Source: the human T2T-CHM13v2.0 reference genome, Homo sapiens
Direction: 5' to 3' (one strand)
NCBI RefSeq assembly: GCF_009914755.1
Contig: NC_060931.1
Length of the DNA: 64,000 nucleotides
The position numbers were made by a program, and so were the translations under genes. Below, one piece after another: positions 31,564 to 46,366 of the stretch. The notes beneath the pieces are model-generated. The model was not told the origin of the DNA and did no database searches. It worked only from the letters and a program-made list of their open reading frames with translations. Numbering within the stretch: the stretch's first letter is position 1; each line of letters begins with the position of its first letter.

Positions 31564-33344
31564 TCAATGTTTCCTGGGATATTATTTTTCACAAATGAAG
31601 GTTTCCCAACACCAAAGTTCTCTGTCTTTGGTTAAAAAAAAAAAAAAAAAAAAATTTAATGAATTGGGTCAGCTTGCATAGGTAGGCTCAAGCTGAGACC
31701 CAGCTAATAGGAAATGAGAACAAGATTTCCTTATTAGATCCCGTTGCTTGTGAAATATCCCAAGCTACACAGGAGAGTTTATAGCTCTGGATAGAGACGT
31801 TCTTATTACCTTGGAGTACTTTGAAATTTATTGCAGCAATGATTGCCTGACATTTTGCAAAAGGTAGATCTTGATTAAATTGTTCTAAATTATATGTGCA
31901 TTTTAATAAATGTTTTCACTATCATTAATTTTAATTAAATTTATCTTATTTCTAGGGCAAGAAAATAGTTAATTTCCTACTGGCATAAGTTTTAAAATTG
32001 GTAATTACTGATTGTTAAATGAAATACTAAACTTTTGCTAAATATCTTATAACTTACAAATTTTGATGCGGAACTGGGAAATGGGTATTTAAGAAAGAAA
32101 TAATATACAGATTAGATTACCCACTATATTGAGTTAATACTAGTCTTTAACTTTTCATATCAGGGTTTTAAACATTCTGTTTTTCAGCCTCTTGGTTTAT
32201 GACCTTACAGAAACTTTCAATGAAATTAGAGCCTTGTAATTCTACACAGGGTGCACTTTTTCACTGCATAATAAATATAAAATTGTACCTGTACCTTGGG
32301 TCCTATTGCAGTTCACTGGGAGTAGTAATTGAACAAAAACTTTAACTGCTTAAAATATTGAACTGTTTAAATTATTTTTTGTTCGTGTAATAAAACTAAT
32401 CATGAAACTAAGCCAGTGAAACCACATACTCAGTGTTACAAATAATATTGTTTAATGCTTATATAAAGCTAAGCATTTGTTACCATGAAAAGGCTATTTG
32501 TTGAACAGCCAATAAAGTTCAAAGAATTTTATTTTTGCAACCCAACACTTTCTATATGGAGAAAGGTGTTTACTGCAAATTGTGTTCTCTTTTGCCAGTT
32601 AGCACTTGCCACTGATTCAGAGTTAGAAGACCCCCTGCCAAGCAAAGTAATGGCTGATAATTTCTTTCCTGCTGATGAAATGGAAAAAGTTATATAAGTT
32701 TTGTATTGTGTTTTTGTTGGAAATGATTCAATGTGACATTTTAAGTAATAACATAATATAGAATAAATATTAGGTTAAAAAATATGTTTTTATCATTTTT
32801 AATTAACTTCAAAAAATACTGCTACACTAAAAGGTTAGTAGACATATTAGGGGCATGTCTTTTTTTTTTTTTTTTTTTTTTAGAACAAAAGTTCTTAGGA
32901 ATAGATTTTCTATGCTGATATCATTACAAATGTCACATAAGCATGTTGAAGTGTACCTAATTTCCGTATGAATGTAAAGCAATTGGTATTCCAATGAAAG
33001 TTTGTAATGTGGATTCTCTTTTACCTGGGTCTTTTTAAAATTTTATAATTGATCTCTGACAACATAATTTTGTTTCATTTAGGTTGAGGCTTCTCTGTGG
33101 GTCCTGAGTTCTTCATCATGACCATAACACAGTAGGCAGTATGTATATGTCTATAGTAGCAAGTAGTAATGTTTTATAATAATGAATCATAAATCATAGT
33201 GATGTAAAAGCAGGTTTTAATGTTTAGAACCACATTTTATATACCATTTTAAAATGTGGTATAATTTAATGTTTATTAGTGAGTTATATAACTGGGTTCC
33301 ACTGTTTTACAGACACCTTGCATTGAGTTTCAATTTTCATTTCA

Positions 33345-33472
33345 TTTTTTTTAATAGAGACGAGGTCTGGCTATGTTGCCTAGGTTGATCTCGAACTCCT
33401 GGGCACAAGTGATCTTCCCGTCTCGGCCTCCCAAAATGCTGTGATTACAGGCATGAGCTACTGTGCCTGGCC
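33345..33472 (-). mobile_element. Alu monomer (FLAM-like)
   Basis: Single left arm. TSD-like tcaattttcatttc / tcaatttccatttc. Confidence 0.85.
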
Positions 33473-33626
33473 TCAATTTCCATTTCTTATTTAAGATATG
33501 GTTGAACTTCAACTGAAAGTCTGGCATCTAGGTGACTCTTTCTTTCAAAAATGAGATATACAAATCTAACCGATGGCAGTGACAATTTTTAAAATTCTTT
33601 GAAATTGTATTAGTCCAAAGTAATCC

Positions 33627-33944
<318 letters not shown>

Positions 33945-36900
33945 TAAAATATAGAAATTATTTTGAAATTAAATGCATATTATTTCAAAAGAACAAAAGT
34001 TTGCCAATTATATTGGTATGTTTCAGTGAAACATACTATGATAAACATAACTTCTCAACAACATGTCAAGTATTGCATAGTCCATGTATTAAATATTTAA
34101 TCTCACATTATAAAAAAAGAAACTTTTATTCAGTGGTTACTCTATCAACAGAATATTAGCCCATTTGCTTTATTTTATAGCTTCATTAATTATTTTTCTC
34201 TGATTTGGACTTTCAGGTATATATTACTGTCTGTCTTCTAAAAGTTTTAGTGATAATATAGAATTATTAATATAACCAAAGAGGGCTTCTCATAAAAGAA
34301 ACTAAAAGTAAGTTGGTAGGGTTCCAAATGTAATTTCAATTTTTTTCTTTTGTTTGTTTGCTTGTTTTCAGATTGTCATTGCAGCAACAGCAGACATTAC
34401 ATAAAAAATTGATCTGTCATATTTTGGGATTAGCTTAGGGCAAGAAGTATATGTTGAAACTTTTTCATACTGAAGTGTGGAATGTGTATGAGCATATCCA
34501 TACAAATTGAAGCCTATCCATGTATTTAATATTTGGCTTCTTTTTTTTTGGTGATATGTATAATATATTTGTATTTCCATTTTCAGAACTATCATAGAAA
34601 AATGGATATTTTCTGGTTTCATCTTTCTAACATATGAGTCAATTAATTTGTTCAAAAAATATGTATTATTATGTACCAGTCACCATGCTAAGCACTAAGA
34701 ACATAAAAATAAACCATAAGATACTTCATTAGAAATGACAGATATTAAAAAGATAATCACAAAAAGCCTGCATGGTCATTTATAATAAAAATGTGCAGTA
34801 GAGGTATCTAAGTGGGAGAAAATAAGCACAAGTCAAGACATGATAAACAGCAAGGTGACTAAAAGCAGTTTGGTATCATGTATCAGATGTAAGAAAAATG
34901 TTAAACCACTTTATTGGGATGTAATTTACATACCGTATAATTCATTCATTTAAAATATACAATTCAATGGTTTAATGTTTTTTAGCAAATATGCAGAGCT
35001 GTACAAACATCACTTCAATATAATTTTAGAACATCATGAGATATATTTTTAATAGACATTCCAACACATATTATAAATACTTAATATTTTAATTGTCAGT
35101 TTAGAAGAAATATTTGAATCATATATGGTATTAACCTTCTTAAAGCACTATTATGAGTTACTTGGCATATTTCACAATTACAAATGACATGTAACTTGAA
35201 ATTTACTCTTCTGAACTAATGCTGGCTAGATAGGTTGACGTAAAATAAATAGTTTTTCCAGTATTAGTAACATTCAAGGTCACACCTGATGAAATCGGAA
35301 TAAAATGAGGTAATAAGAAAAATTAAAAATGTATTTTTATAGGCCTACATTTTGTGTATTTATTTTTAGAAGAGATGAATGATTTACTATGGAATATGCA
35401 AAATTATATCAAATTCACTTCAAAATTAAGAGCACATATTAATGATCAAGAGTTGTTTATTGATTAATTAGAATATTTTATCACAACATATTCATTTAGA
35501 ATTTTCTTTTGTAGGATATTCTGGTTTAATTTAGATGTTTACATGTTTCTTAAATAACTGTAACTTTAAATTTCACTGATTTGAAGATCATGTAACACAC
35601 ACATGCGCACACATACACACTTCAATTAATTTATTTTAGCTCACCAGTACCCGCTTGGTCTTATGTAAAAGATAAGTGACATAAGCCGTCTGTAGACAGG
35701 CTTTACTTCTACAGACCAATACGAATTTGGAAAATACATTTAAATTACGTCAAGCCCAACACATTGACGGGTAAAGTGCAGGATACAAGTTTGGAGGAAG
35801 ACAGAAACTGAACTGTGTTTCAGTTAAAATAGGCACATTGATATACTTCTAAAAAATGTGAATTTAAATATACATTTTTGAGATTTGAATTGTCTTTTAG
35901 TATATCATTCTCATATAATGATGTATCACACATCACAAATACAATTTTGTTAAATAAGAAAATTAAAATATAGCTGTATCTTTTGTATTAATATCAAGTG
36001 ATTCATCTAATGATTTATGAAATGCCTACTACTGGACTGTCAAAACTAGAGTTTTTTAAGCCTTCTGTTGTCTATCAGCTGACTTGTCAGGAGAACATAT
36101 TAACTTAAAAACATGTATAGTACAAATCAAATATGGGTGCAGTTTACTAAAAATTTATGTATTAGAAATATGAAAGAAAAATCTTTGTGTAGTTGTGAAA
36201 CTACAATTTAGAAATGTATCATTATTAGTATTATTATCACTAAAATTTTAAAAGAGCTACAATAAATTTCTGAAATTTTATTTCCTATGAAATATATCAA
36301 GCAATTTATTTAAATAACCCTTCTATTAAAATTTCAGATGGTTTACAGTGGCCCAAAGCAATGGAAAATATTAGAATTTGAATCTTACAAAGAATCCTAG
36401 AACTTATGTATTGATACTTGAATTCCATTCACACCTCTTTGACAATTATTCATTCCACCTCTGCTTGAGTACCTTTAGTTATGGGAAAGCGGTGATTCTT
36501 GATCTGGTGTAATGTTCTTATTTGAGTAGAAACATGCTCTAGTTTATACGTGATGCTTTCAAATTATGATGCCCACAACTAAATAAATTACTTCACATCA
36601 CCTCCTTTATTATGAATTGTCATTCATATTCACCAACATCGCCGCAACTTTTTTTACTGAATGTATCACTGGAAAATAAAAACATCTTCTTTTACTCTTA
36701 ATTCTGAAACAGTTGTGAATGTTTCAATTTGTGTTTTCCAAGATGCAATATGCCTACCAATGGCATTATAAACGTGATTTTAGATGATATATAGAATAAC
36801 TATTTTCTGTTAATAATTATGTTTTAGTGGTCATGTATATTAGAAAGCAACAGCACATTCTATTTATGATTTAATAAATATTATCATTTAGAACAATATT

Positions 36901-38605
36901 CAAGTTAGATTTAATTTTAATAAATTAGTGCAGTTGATTCTCATGTATGATGACATGAATAAGAGAAATTTGGCATAATGGGTCTTTGCTTCTAATTGTA
37001 GTCCACTTGTGAGAAAGAAATGACTATGTTTGCATGTTATCTTTCACTTCAAAGCAGTGAAAGATTGGAATAGAAGAATGTTAATTTTCTAAAGAAGTAT
37101 ATTGTTTTAGGTTTATTGAACTTTGTACACAGATCCCTTTCCAATGAGTTTTCTTGCCTCAGAAACTCAGGACATGGAATGAAAGCAAATGCTTTAGTGC
37201 AGAATAAATCCGGACTAATAAGGAACTCTCTCCTCATAGCCAAACCACAGTAGAATCTCCGTAAAACACAATATAGCAGTAAGTCTGACAGCACAAGGCA
37301 TTTAGTGGAAAACTTTTAGACGATGGTGGAAAGCATTGAAGAAAAGCAACACACTCTTCAAAATTTGTTAATTTAATGATTCTTGAGAAAATAATGTATT
37401 TTTCTTGCTTTTGTATTATATTGCTTTTTACTGGCAGCAAAAAGAGGGCTTTCAACCTAGGGATGATTCTTCAATGAGTATTTCTCCTTCATTTGCAACC
37501 ATGGTGTCTGAATGAATTATTCTGTTTCTCCAGAAAATTGTCTCAAGTCATCAACTCATATTAACTGTCAGGACTTCCTTGCCTTCTCCTTGCAAGTAAG
37601 TTGAAATTAAAAGCTGTCAAACTAGGAATTAGGTATTTGGTAAAATACAGGTTTTATATAAAACATGCAATTCTACTGGCATACATGTCTGAGAAACAAG
37701 ACCAAACCAAAAAAGCTGTCTAGCTCAGACAATACAAATTGCCAAGTTGCACAATCATGATCCAAATAAATGGTGAAGTCACTAATTTGTGGCATTTGTT
37801 ACACAGTAAAAGCTAACTGTTACAAGACTTAAACTAACCTGGTTGATTTCAGACCCTGAAAGTAAAATGAACATGATAGTGGGTCAATGAAGCAAGTAAA
37901 ATCCTTACAATATCCTAAGTTGTATAAATAACAAGAAAATGAGAGGAAAAGCATTAGAACAAAAAAATGTGTGACACAGCAACTGGATTTTTAGTCTGCA
38001 TTTTACTGGAGTTAGAAATAGATTTACTATGTATGAAACTAAAGAAAGTTGACAGTAAAGCTGTATAGAAATACAACAAAGTCTTCTTTTTACATTGCAC
38101 CTAATGTAGGAAAACAGAACTCTGAATTAAAAAAAAAAAACAGAGGTCATTTTAGGAAGATTGAAACATCTTAAAGCAATAATCTAATGGAGAAATAACA
38201 TTGCAGAGTAAGTTAATGGAAATTATAATGAGGGCACAGACGCAATTTTCTCAGGGAAAAATTTTGACAGATTAATGAATAACTTGTTTTAGAAAGAAAA
38301 AATTAAACCATATTATTGCTTTCTGATCTTAAGTAGTATTGTTATTCTAATAACATGTCACAAAAAATAGAGATATAGTAACCCTTAAACCATAGCAGTG
38401 ATTGATGGTCATAAAATTAGGAAAACAAACAGTAACTTTTACACTGTTAGAAAATAAGTTATGTCAACATCTACCTCCAATATAGTTTTATGATTAGGGT
38501 GGCATCTAATTTATATGAGGTTGTATGTCAATTCTACTAAGTGGTCAAAAAAAAACCAGTCTTATTATTTTATGTTCATTTGCAATGTGCAAGCTAATTT
38601 TATTA

Positions 38606-39563
38606 TATACTATTCTTTCTATTGCTGTGTAACAAACTACCTCGAACATTGGCTTAAAAAATAACCACTTATTTTGCTTGTAAATTTGGGTTTTGGCTGG
38701 ACTCAAGTAGGCAATTCTTGTTCAGCATCTCTCATTAGATTGCAGTCAAACAGTGGCTGGGGTCATCTCTAAAGTTATTTTTATGGATACATTGTAAGTG
38801 TTCATATTTTTTGTGTGTAAGTCAATGTTTTGATGCATATATATGTCATATAATGATCCAATTAGTGTATTTAGCTTATGCATCACCTCATGCATTTATC
38901 ACTTCTTTGTGGTGAGAACATTCAAAAGACTCTCTTCTAGCTACTTTGTAATATACAAGAACTTACCCTTAACCATCATCACTGTAACTGTGCAATAACA
39001 TACCAGAACATCCTCTCCTCCCTTCTTTTCTCCCCAGTCTCTGGTATCCAGTGCTCTGTTTTCTGCTTCTGTGATATCATATCTCTCTCTCTCTGTCTCT
39101 TTTAAACTTCACATATGAGTAAGATTACAAGGTATTTGTCTTTCTAAGTCTGGCTTGTTTCACTTACCATGATGTCCTCCAGGTCCATCCATGTTGTCAC
39201 AAATGGCAAGATCGTATTCTTGTTTATGGCTGAATATTATTCCATTGTGATTCTTCATTCAATATCTGGTGCCTGAGCTGGGAAGACTGAAAGAGCTGGA
39301 GCTCTGTGGGCATATCTCTCTCTGCCTTGATTTGGTCTGCATGGTATCTCTACACAGCTGCTTAAGACTCCCAAAGCAAGTGTTCCAAAAGAGGCAGCAG
39401 AGATTATGTGACCTTTTCTAGCCTATGCAACATGTGACTTATGTTGCATTCTGCTTGTCAAGGCAATTACAAAGCCCCATGCGGTTTCAATGGGAAGAAA
39501 CATAAGCTCCACTCCTTGATGGGACAGCTATCAAAGAATTTGAGGACATGTTTTAATACCACT
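38606..39563 (-). mobile_element. MaLR LTR (MLT1 family) interrupted by an L1MA 3' fragment (about 38778-39250)
   Basis: ttctattgctgtgtaacaaactacc...ggcttaaa; resumes at tggtgcctgagctgggaagact...ttttaataccacta. The insert contains tttgtggtgagaacattcaaa. Confidence 0.65.
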
Positions 39564-39770
39564 ATATATACATATATATACTGTATGTACATATAGTGGT
39601 ATTCTATATATATATAAAAAATATAGTGGTATATGTATATATAGTGGCATATATATATGTGTGTTATACTATACCATACATGTATATATAGTGAGATATA
39701 TATACATATAAGTAGTGATATATATACACATATATAGTGCTATGTATACACACACACATATATATATTTG
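39557..39770. repeat. Degenerate (TA)n/(TATG) microsatellite
   Basis: Directly visible alternating purine-pyrimidine tract. Confidence 0.9.
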
Positions 39771-41507
39771 TGTTTATGTATTGTATTTACATACCTTTTC
39801 TTTTGGCCTACACCTAGCTCCAATGAACACATCACAGACATATTCTAGGAACAGTCCACCTATCTTTACAGATCAAGGGCCAATGGGTTCATTTAAACTT
39901 ACTGCTTTAATTGTGGACAATATATTTTCATATTTTTCTTCTGGGACTATTTAAAAGAATTAGCATATCTTCATAGAATTTCTTCTTGGTTATGCATGTC
40001 TAACTTTTCAGTAAAATTTGTAAAAATAATTTGTTTTACTTTCCAGATGTTATGTGAAATCTGAGGAAGAGTACTTTGAAAAATATTAAATTTGGTTATT
40101 CTCCCTTATAAATGAGGTAAGGACTAAAAGAGGTAAGAGAAAAATTAACATACTCTGTCCTATTATTTTCCTATATCTCTATAGGGATATAATATGTTTC
40201 ATTCACAGAGCAAAATTTTTACCTTTATGTTGAATAAAGTGAATAAAAACCTTGTCGTGTGAAAATGAAAATGCAGCTACTTCCTTAGGTAAATGATTAT
40301 AATGATTAATTAAATCAGTGATTTCAAAGGTTTTTTGAAGTATTGCTTTGATGTATTGCATTTCTAACATCTTTTAATGGTTTTTCTCGCTTTACATAAA
40401 ATTAAATAAACAATTTGTGATTCAACTAATAATGAATTGATAAATAGAATAAAAGTTTATCTGAATATGAAGTTCCTTTCAATTTCATTGTAAGCTTATA
40501 TTTGGGTCAGACTCTAGGAGACTATTTTGGAGAAATAATGAATTTTTCTTCTGTTTTGTTGCACTCATGTAGTTGTTAACAAAATCAAAATTTTGAAAAC
40601 TCTAAGCAAATTTTTTATAAAGTCAGCACTGTTTTTAGTTAACTGACAAAAAATAATTCTCCCAGCCTTCCTTAATACAAGAACTGCCTTTGTATTAAAT
40701 AGCTAGAGGCAGCGGGAAAAAAAGAGAAAGGAGTGGGGGAAATTTTACACTTTCCCCATCCAGCCTATAACTATATAAGCAGTTAATTATCAATATGTGA
40801 GTAATAAATGTTTAATGAGAAGAAAAAACACTGCAAATCTAAATAATTTAGCTGAGAAAATAACTTCGTATAAATGAAGTATTTTAGGGCTCTTAGGAAT
40901 AGATGGATAGATAGATATAAATAGTAGATAGAAGCCAATATTGTTTTGTGAACAAAAACAAAAAGAGAGTTTTGATTTTCTAAATCCTTAACCAAAGGTC
41001 TGATATATGTGTAGCACCACACATGAGGGAAGCAGGGACCCTCATACAGTGATCTCAGCCTTAGGTATTTAGGCTCCCCCAGTCTAGGCCTATATTCACT
41101 CACCAATGCTTTCTTCTTTTTTCTGCATTAGAACCTTCATTCTGTGTTCTAGATCTGTCTGGAACATGCCTCTGAATCCTAAGACAGGTCAGTCCCACAA
41201 GTAGCACCCTATATTTCCCACCTGGCACTTATTGTATTTTGTACTTGTTCGTTTGTTTGATTGGTTGATTAATGTAAGATTATAAACTTCAGCAGTGAAA
41301 AAAAAAAGTTTGTTTTGCTTATTTTCTATAAGCTTATTTCCTAGCACTGTGTCTAGAATACAGTAGTAAGTCAATAAATATTGTTTGAATTAAAGGATGG
41401 CCATTTCTCAGACAGTCTTAATCTTAGAGCAAAGGCAGGGAGTGTCTTCATGATGCCGTAAATAAACACGGTTATATCATTAGTAGAATGCAAAAATCGC
41501 ATAAGTA

Positions 41508-41628
41508 AAAGGGAAAGAGGGAGAAAAGAAGAAAAGGGAGGAAGGAAAGAAGGAAGGAAGGAAAGAAGGAAGAAAGAAAGGGAGATAAGAAAGGGAGAAA
41601 GGGAGGGAAGGAGAGAGGAAGAGGGGAG
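41508..41628 (+). repeat. GA-rich/(GGAA)n polypurine tract
   Basis: About 120 nt, almost purely A/G. Confidence 0.9.
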
Positions 41629-41726
41629 ACTAAGCAAGTCCTCTCTTTTCCTCTTCCTCTCCCAGTCCAAAAATGCTTTTTTTATCTTCATAACTGGAGG
41701 TAGTTTTGCAACTTGGAGCAAGGCAT

Positions 41727-42015
41727 CTGTTAGGCTGCCACCTTCCCATAGAGACTGGGAGATAGGGGCCCTCTCTTCCTAGGACTACATTTCAAAGACA
41801 TGGCTTATAGCTCCTGGAGAAAGACTATCCTGTGTTGTAAAACTGGGAAGAGGCTTTAAAAAGATTTACATGTCAAAGTGAAAGGGAAAGCATTTACAAT
41901 GACAGGTTTTCTAAAGTAAAGGCTCTAAAAAAAGGAGGTTGGGGCCTAGTGCCACAAAGAATCCTGCCTAAAACTTAGTTAAGGGGAGAGGAATATTAAG
42001 TCTGTCCTGGTCACC
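41727..42015 (-). mobile_element. ERV1-type LTR fragment (MER group)
   Basis: catttcaaagacatggctt...gttgtaaaactgggaagaggc recalled from MER4-group LTRs; family uncertain. Confidence 0.4.
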
Positions 42016-42130
42016 TGCAAAAGAGCAATCTCTTCACACTGGATGAGCTATTCTAGGCCTAAAAAGTATTTCCCTGCTTTAAGTCCCTACCCCACAGGAT
42101 CTCTGCTCATGGTTAAAGAAAAGAAGTTGG

Positions 42131-42442
42131 GGCCGGGTGCAGTGGCTCACGCCTGTAATCCCAGCAATTTGGGAGGCTGAGGTGGGCGGATCACGAGGTC
42201 AGGAGATCGAGATCATCCTGGCTAACACGGTGAAACCCTGTCTCTACTAAAAATACAAAAAAATGAGCCGGCCGTGGTGGCGGGCGCCTGTAGTCCCAGC
42301 CACTCAGGAGGCTGAGGCAGAAGAATGGCGTGAACCCAGGAGGCGGAGCTTGCAGTGAGCCGAGATTGCGCCACTGCACTCCAGCCTGGGCGACAGAGCG
42401 AGACTCCGTCTCAAAAAAAAAAAAAAAAAAAAAGAAAAGAAA
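42131..42442 (+). mobile_element. AluY, TSD aaagaaaagaagttg
   Basis: Y diagnostics (gagatcgag, ggctaacacggtg, gaatggcgtgaacc, ggagcttgcagtgag); TSD on both flanks. Confidence 0.97.
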
Positions 42443-43842
42443 AAAAGAAAAGAAGTTGAAGGAGATGAACTGATCTCTGGGAATAGAGTCTGCCGCCATC
42501 CTTCCTGCATCAACCAGGGGTGCTCTTCTCAGGGGTAAGAGTTTCATTTTCTCCCAGTGATATATTCAACCCTAATTAAATCAATTTTCCTAACTTGCCC
42601 CTGAACCCCTGGACACTTATACCCTAGGGTTATTTTTTTTCTGGTAGAAAAGTCCTCAGGACTCCATTAGATTCCTGCACATTCTCTGGAGCTGCTGGAT
42701 CTCAGAACCATCCTGCTGAAAAGTGTTCCTTTCTATTGCTCATCTAGCTATCTCATTGAACCAGAGACCCTAGACCTGACCTATGAGCCCTTCAACTGCC
42801 TCCCTCATATCTGGAAGTTCCCAAGCCAGGTTTCTCTGAGCATGGTTTCAGCCAACCGTTTTCTGCCATCAGCCTCTGCAAGATGTGGCTGGACGTCAGC
42901 GTCCTTAGGCTAGGGGAAGACCTCTTGCCTTTGCAGCATTGTTAGGGCCTCCTTTATTCCTGAACCCTGCAGAGAACTGATCTTCCTACTGTTTGAGTAA
43001 CCACTGTTTTGTGGTATTTGTGTGGTTTTGGCAGCCTAGGGCTCAAAACTCAGTGTGCAAACAGCAGCTGGCAGCAGTCAGAGGGCCTGTTTGTTTCTCT
43101 CAGCTCTACCTTTTCTGAAGAACCCAAGAGAAGCAATTAGGCCATACTTGAAAGTGAAGCCCTACAAAGAGTCTGCTCTCATAACTTGTCTCTACTCTGC
43201 CTTGAACCTCCCAAGAGAATATTACTGCTCCAGCCTCCTTGCCAGGCGCTGCTGGTGGAAATAGAAAACTAAAACTCAACCATTCTGTGTCCAGCAATAT
43301 CTTGCCCTTACTGTGTCTTTGCAGAGGGCTTCCCTTTTGTTACACCCTGATTCTTGTAAATAGCATATATGGCTAGGTGTCAAGAGAGTTTCATTTGTTT
43401 CTTTATCTTGCTCATAATCTACAGAAGGAGGTAGGTTTGCAGTACATTACTTCTTTCAATTTTGAGCTAAATTCAGTATTTCTTACTCTACGGGTAATGC
43501 AAAGTAGTAATCTACATGCCAGTACTACCCCTTACCTAACCTTCCTCCAAACTCCATCCAGGTTAGTCAGCTTTTTTTTTTTTTCTTTTTTTAAACAAGG
43601 GGAAATTCTGGAGAAAGTCATCCTTGTTGGTAAAGCAAAAAGATAATGTTTTTAATAGAAATGGGTGAAGCAAAGAATGTTTATTCATGCACAGATATGG
43701 CCTGATAAAATTTCTTTATAATATTCCTGCTCATGTCAAAGAGATCCAGTATCAAAAAAGGTAAAAGGACTACAACATTCAATTAATAAAATGCAGGCGG
43801 GCAAAGACAAGAGGTGGGGACCTTTAAGGAAAAGCACTAACA

Positions 43843-43998
43843 AGCTGCATGTGGTGACTCACACCTGTAATCCTAGCAGTCTGGGAGATTGAGGAGGAAG
43901 GATTGCTTGATACTAGGAGTTTGAGACCAGTCTGGGCAACATAGCAAGATCCCTGTTTCTAAAAAATATAAAAAAAATTAGCTGGGCCTTTTGGTGCA
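43843..43998 (+). mobile_element. Truncated AluJ (left arm) followed by (GAAA)n
   Basis: Left Alu arm followed by a GAAA/GA microsatellite at 44000-44090. Confidence 0.8.
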
Positions 43999-44057
43999 TG
44001 AAGAAAGAAAGAAAGAAAGAGAGAAAGAGAGAAAGAGAGAATGAGAGAAAGAAAGAG

Positions 44058-44088
<31 letters not shown>

Positions 44089-44094
44089 AAGGCA

Positions 44095-46100
44095 AAGCAC
44101 TAACAAAAACCCAACTATATGAAGAAACATAGGCCATACTCTTGAAGGGATAATTAGTGTAGTTAATATTAATTCTCCCCATACTGATCTATAAATATGT
44201 GATGGAATTCTAATCAAAATCCTAATGGTATTTTTCACAGAAATTGACAGGTCGTTCTTAACTCCATATGCAGTATTAAAAGTCCAAAATTAGCTAATGC
44301 ATTAGCAAAAGGAACAATGGTGGGAGAATACCATTCCAGATAACAAGGTTTAATATAGTGTTATAATAATTAAAACACTACAGATAAATAAAAGACAATA
44401 CAGAACTCAGAAATACAAACATGAACATGAGGAAATTGAATATGGCAAAGGTGGCGTTCCAAATTAGAAGAAAAGCATAGATTGGTGTTAAAAGAATTGG
44501 CTATTCACATGGAAAAAATTAGATAATTATCACATACATAAATTTCAGATAGATTGAAAAATGTGAAAGGTAAAATTATATATTAAAAGCAAAACTTTAG
44601 AACTTCCAGAAAAAGTATAGAAACATTCTTACTGTAAGATAGGGAAGAATTTCTTTTTTAAAAAATTATTATTTTATTTATTTAATTTTACTTTTTTAAA
44701 TTTTACTTTAAGTTCTGGAATACATGTGCAGAATGTGAGGGTTTTATACATAGGTATACATGTGCCACGGTGGTTTGCTGCACCTATCAACCCGTCATCT
44801 AGGTTGTAATCCCCCGTTTGCATTAAGTATTTTTCCTAATGCTCTCAATATAGGGAAGAATTTCTTAACATTCCAAAACACAAAACATTAAAAAATATAT
44901 TTTAAAAAGACCCTTCAGTTCTACTAGTAAACCTAATTTTTGACTTCTTGAACTGATGGTCATTACATGGGTACGTTCACCTTGATATAATTTATTTGCA
45001 CTTAAGATTTGTTCATTTTTAAAATATATACTTTAGTTGAAAGTTACATTTAAAAATCCTTGTTGACAAAAAAATTAATTAAAAAATTCAAAGCAAAGTC
45101 ACATTCCTCAAGAAGCTATATTCGACATATTCAATTAATAAAAGCTTCAAAATGACATCAAAGAACTGCAAAAAATAAAAAATGTATATAAAAGTTGCTC
45201 CTGGAAATTATCGAATGGCCAATAAGCCTATAAAATGATATTTATTTTCAATAACAACTAGGTTAATACAAAATATAAAGCAGTTTCACTTCACATTTAA
45301 AACATTTGGGTAAAAATTACAATTGTTTACCACCAATTGTTAGTGAGCATAAGGAAAAATAGACAGAAAACTGCTATTTCTAGTCAACAACCATTGTTGT
45401 GAACATTTAACAATGTAGAGTGAAGTCGCTACAGCTGCATAGGTGTGAGATCCAGCTGTCGGGGCAGTGTTCACATAGATTAAAACGTAAGTTGTGCCCC
45501 CTGGAGTTGTGTTTGTGGCAGTCCTGCATATATACCTCAAATCAAAAGATATCACAGTTATACTCTATATAATCATTTAAAAAAATCACATGAGCACAAA
45601 TTTCAAAAAAGTTAATAGAGCATTTTATTAGAAAAATTTAATGTATATCATTAGAGAACTGATAAAAAATTGACTAATACTTGTTCACAATGTGAGCTAG
45701 TATATAACAATGAAAAAGAATGAACAGAAGAATCTCAGCATATATCCATAGGGAGATCTCAAAAATAATTTTGAGTGAAAAAGCAAATTGTAAAATTTCT
45801 ACAAAGTGTAAAATACAATATAATATATATTTATGAAAATATATATTTGCATAGACTATATAAACATAATAGAAAGATAAAGATACATTTAAGACAGTGA
45901 TTTCTCTTTTAAAAAGGAAGGAAAGACATTGAGTGAGAAGAAGGCTTCAACTGAATGTAAAGCATTTGTTATTGAACAAATATTTGAATCAAACATGGCA
46001 ATACTTAGCATGTGTTAACATTGGAGGGGGGAGGACATGGGTATTTCATATTGTTCTTTGTACTTTTTTGCTTTGGAGTATTTTATAATCAAATTACAAA
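44095..46100 (+). mobile_element. Highly decayed L1ME-type ORF2/3' region
   Basis: aattctaatcaaaatcctaatggtatttttcacagaaattgac and similar collinear L1 ORF2 remnants. Confidence 0.6.
44656..44849 (-). mobile_element. 5'-truncated L1PA 3' end with 17-bp TSD atagggaagaatttctt
   Basis: L1PA7/8-like 3'UTR. Perfect TSD at 44639-44655 and 44850-44866. Confidence 0.92.
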
Positions 46101-46189
46101 TGTATAAAGTTGGAAGTGCTCAATTATAATGTTTTTTATGGAAGGCCAAGCAAGATGAAGATGTGACATTGACCAGTAGCTTTGGACAA

Positions 46190-46366
46190 GAGCTTGATTT
46201 TCAAACTTTAGTGTCCATCAAAAACACCTGTAGGACATGCTAGAACACAGATTGCTGGGACCTGGAATTTTTATTAAATAAGCCTAAAAAGAGCTCTAGA
46301 ATGTGCAGTTGAACAAGGTCCTCGATGATATTGCTGCTGATCTGTGAACCACACTAAGAGAACTAC
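46190..46366. mobile_element. MER5A-like hAT MITE
   Basis: tttcaaactttagtg...acacagattgctggg...accacactaagagaactac. Confidence 0.6.
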
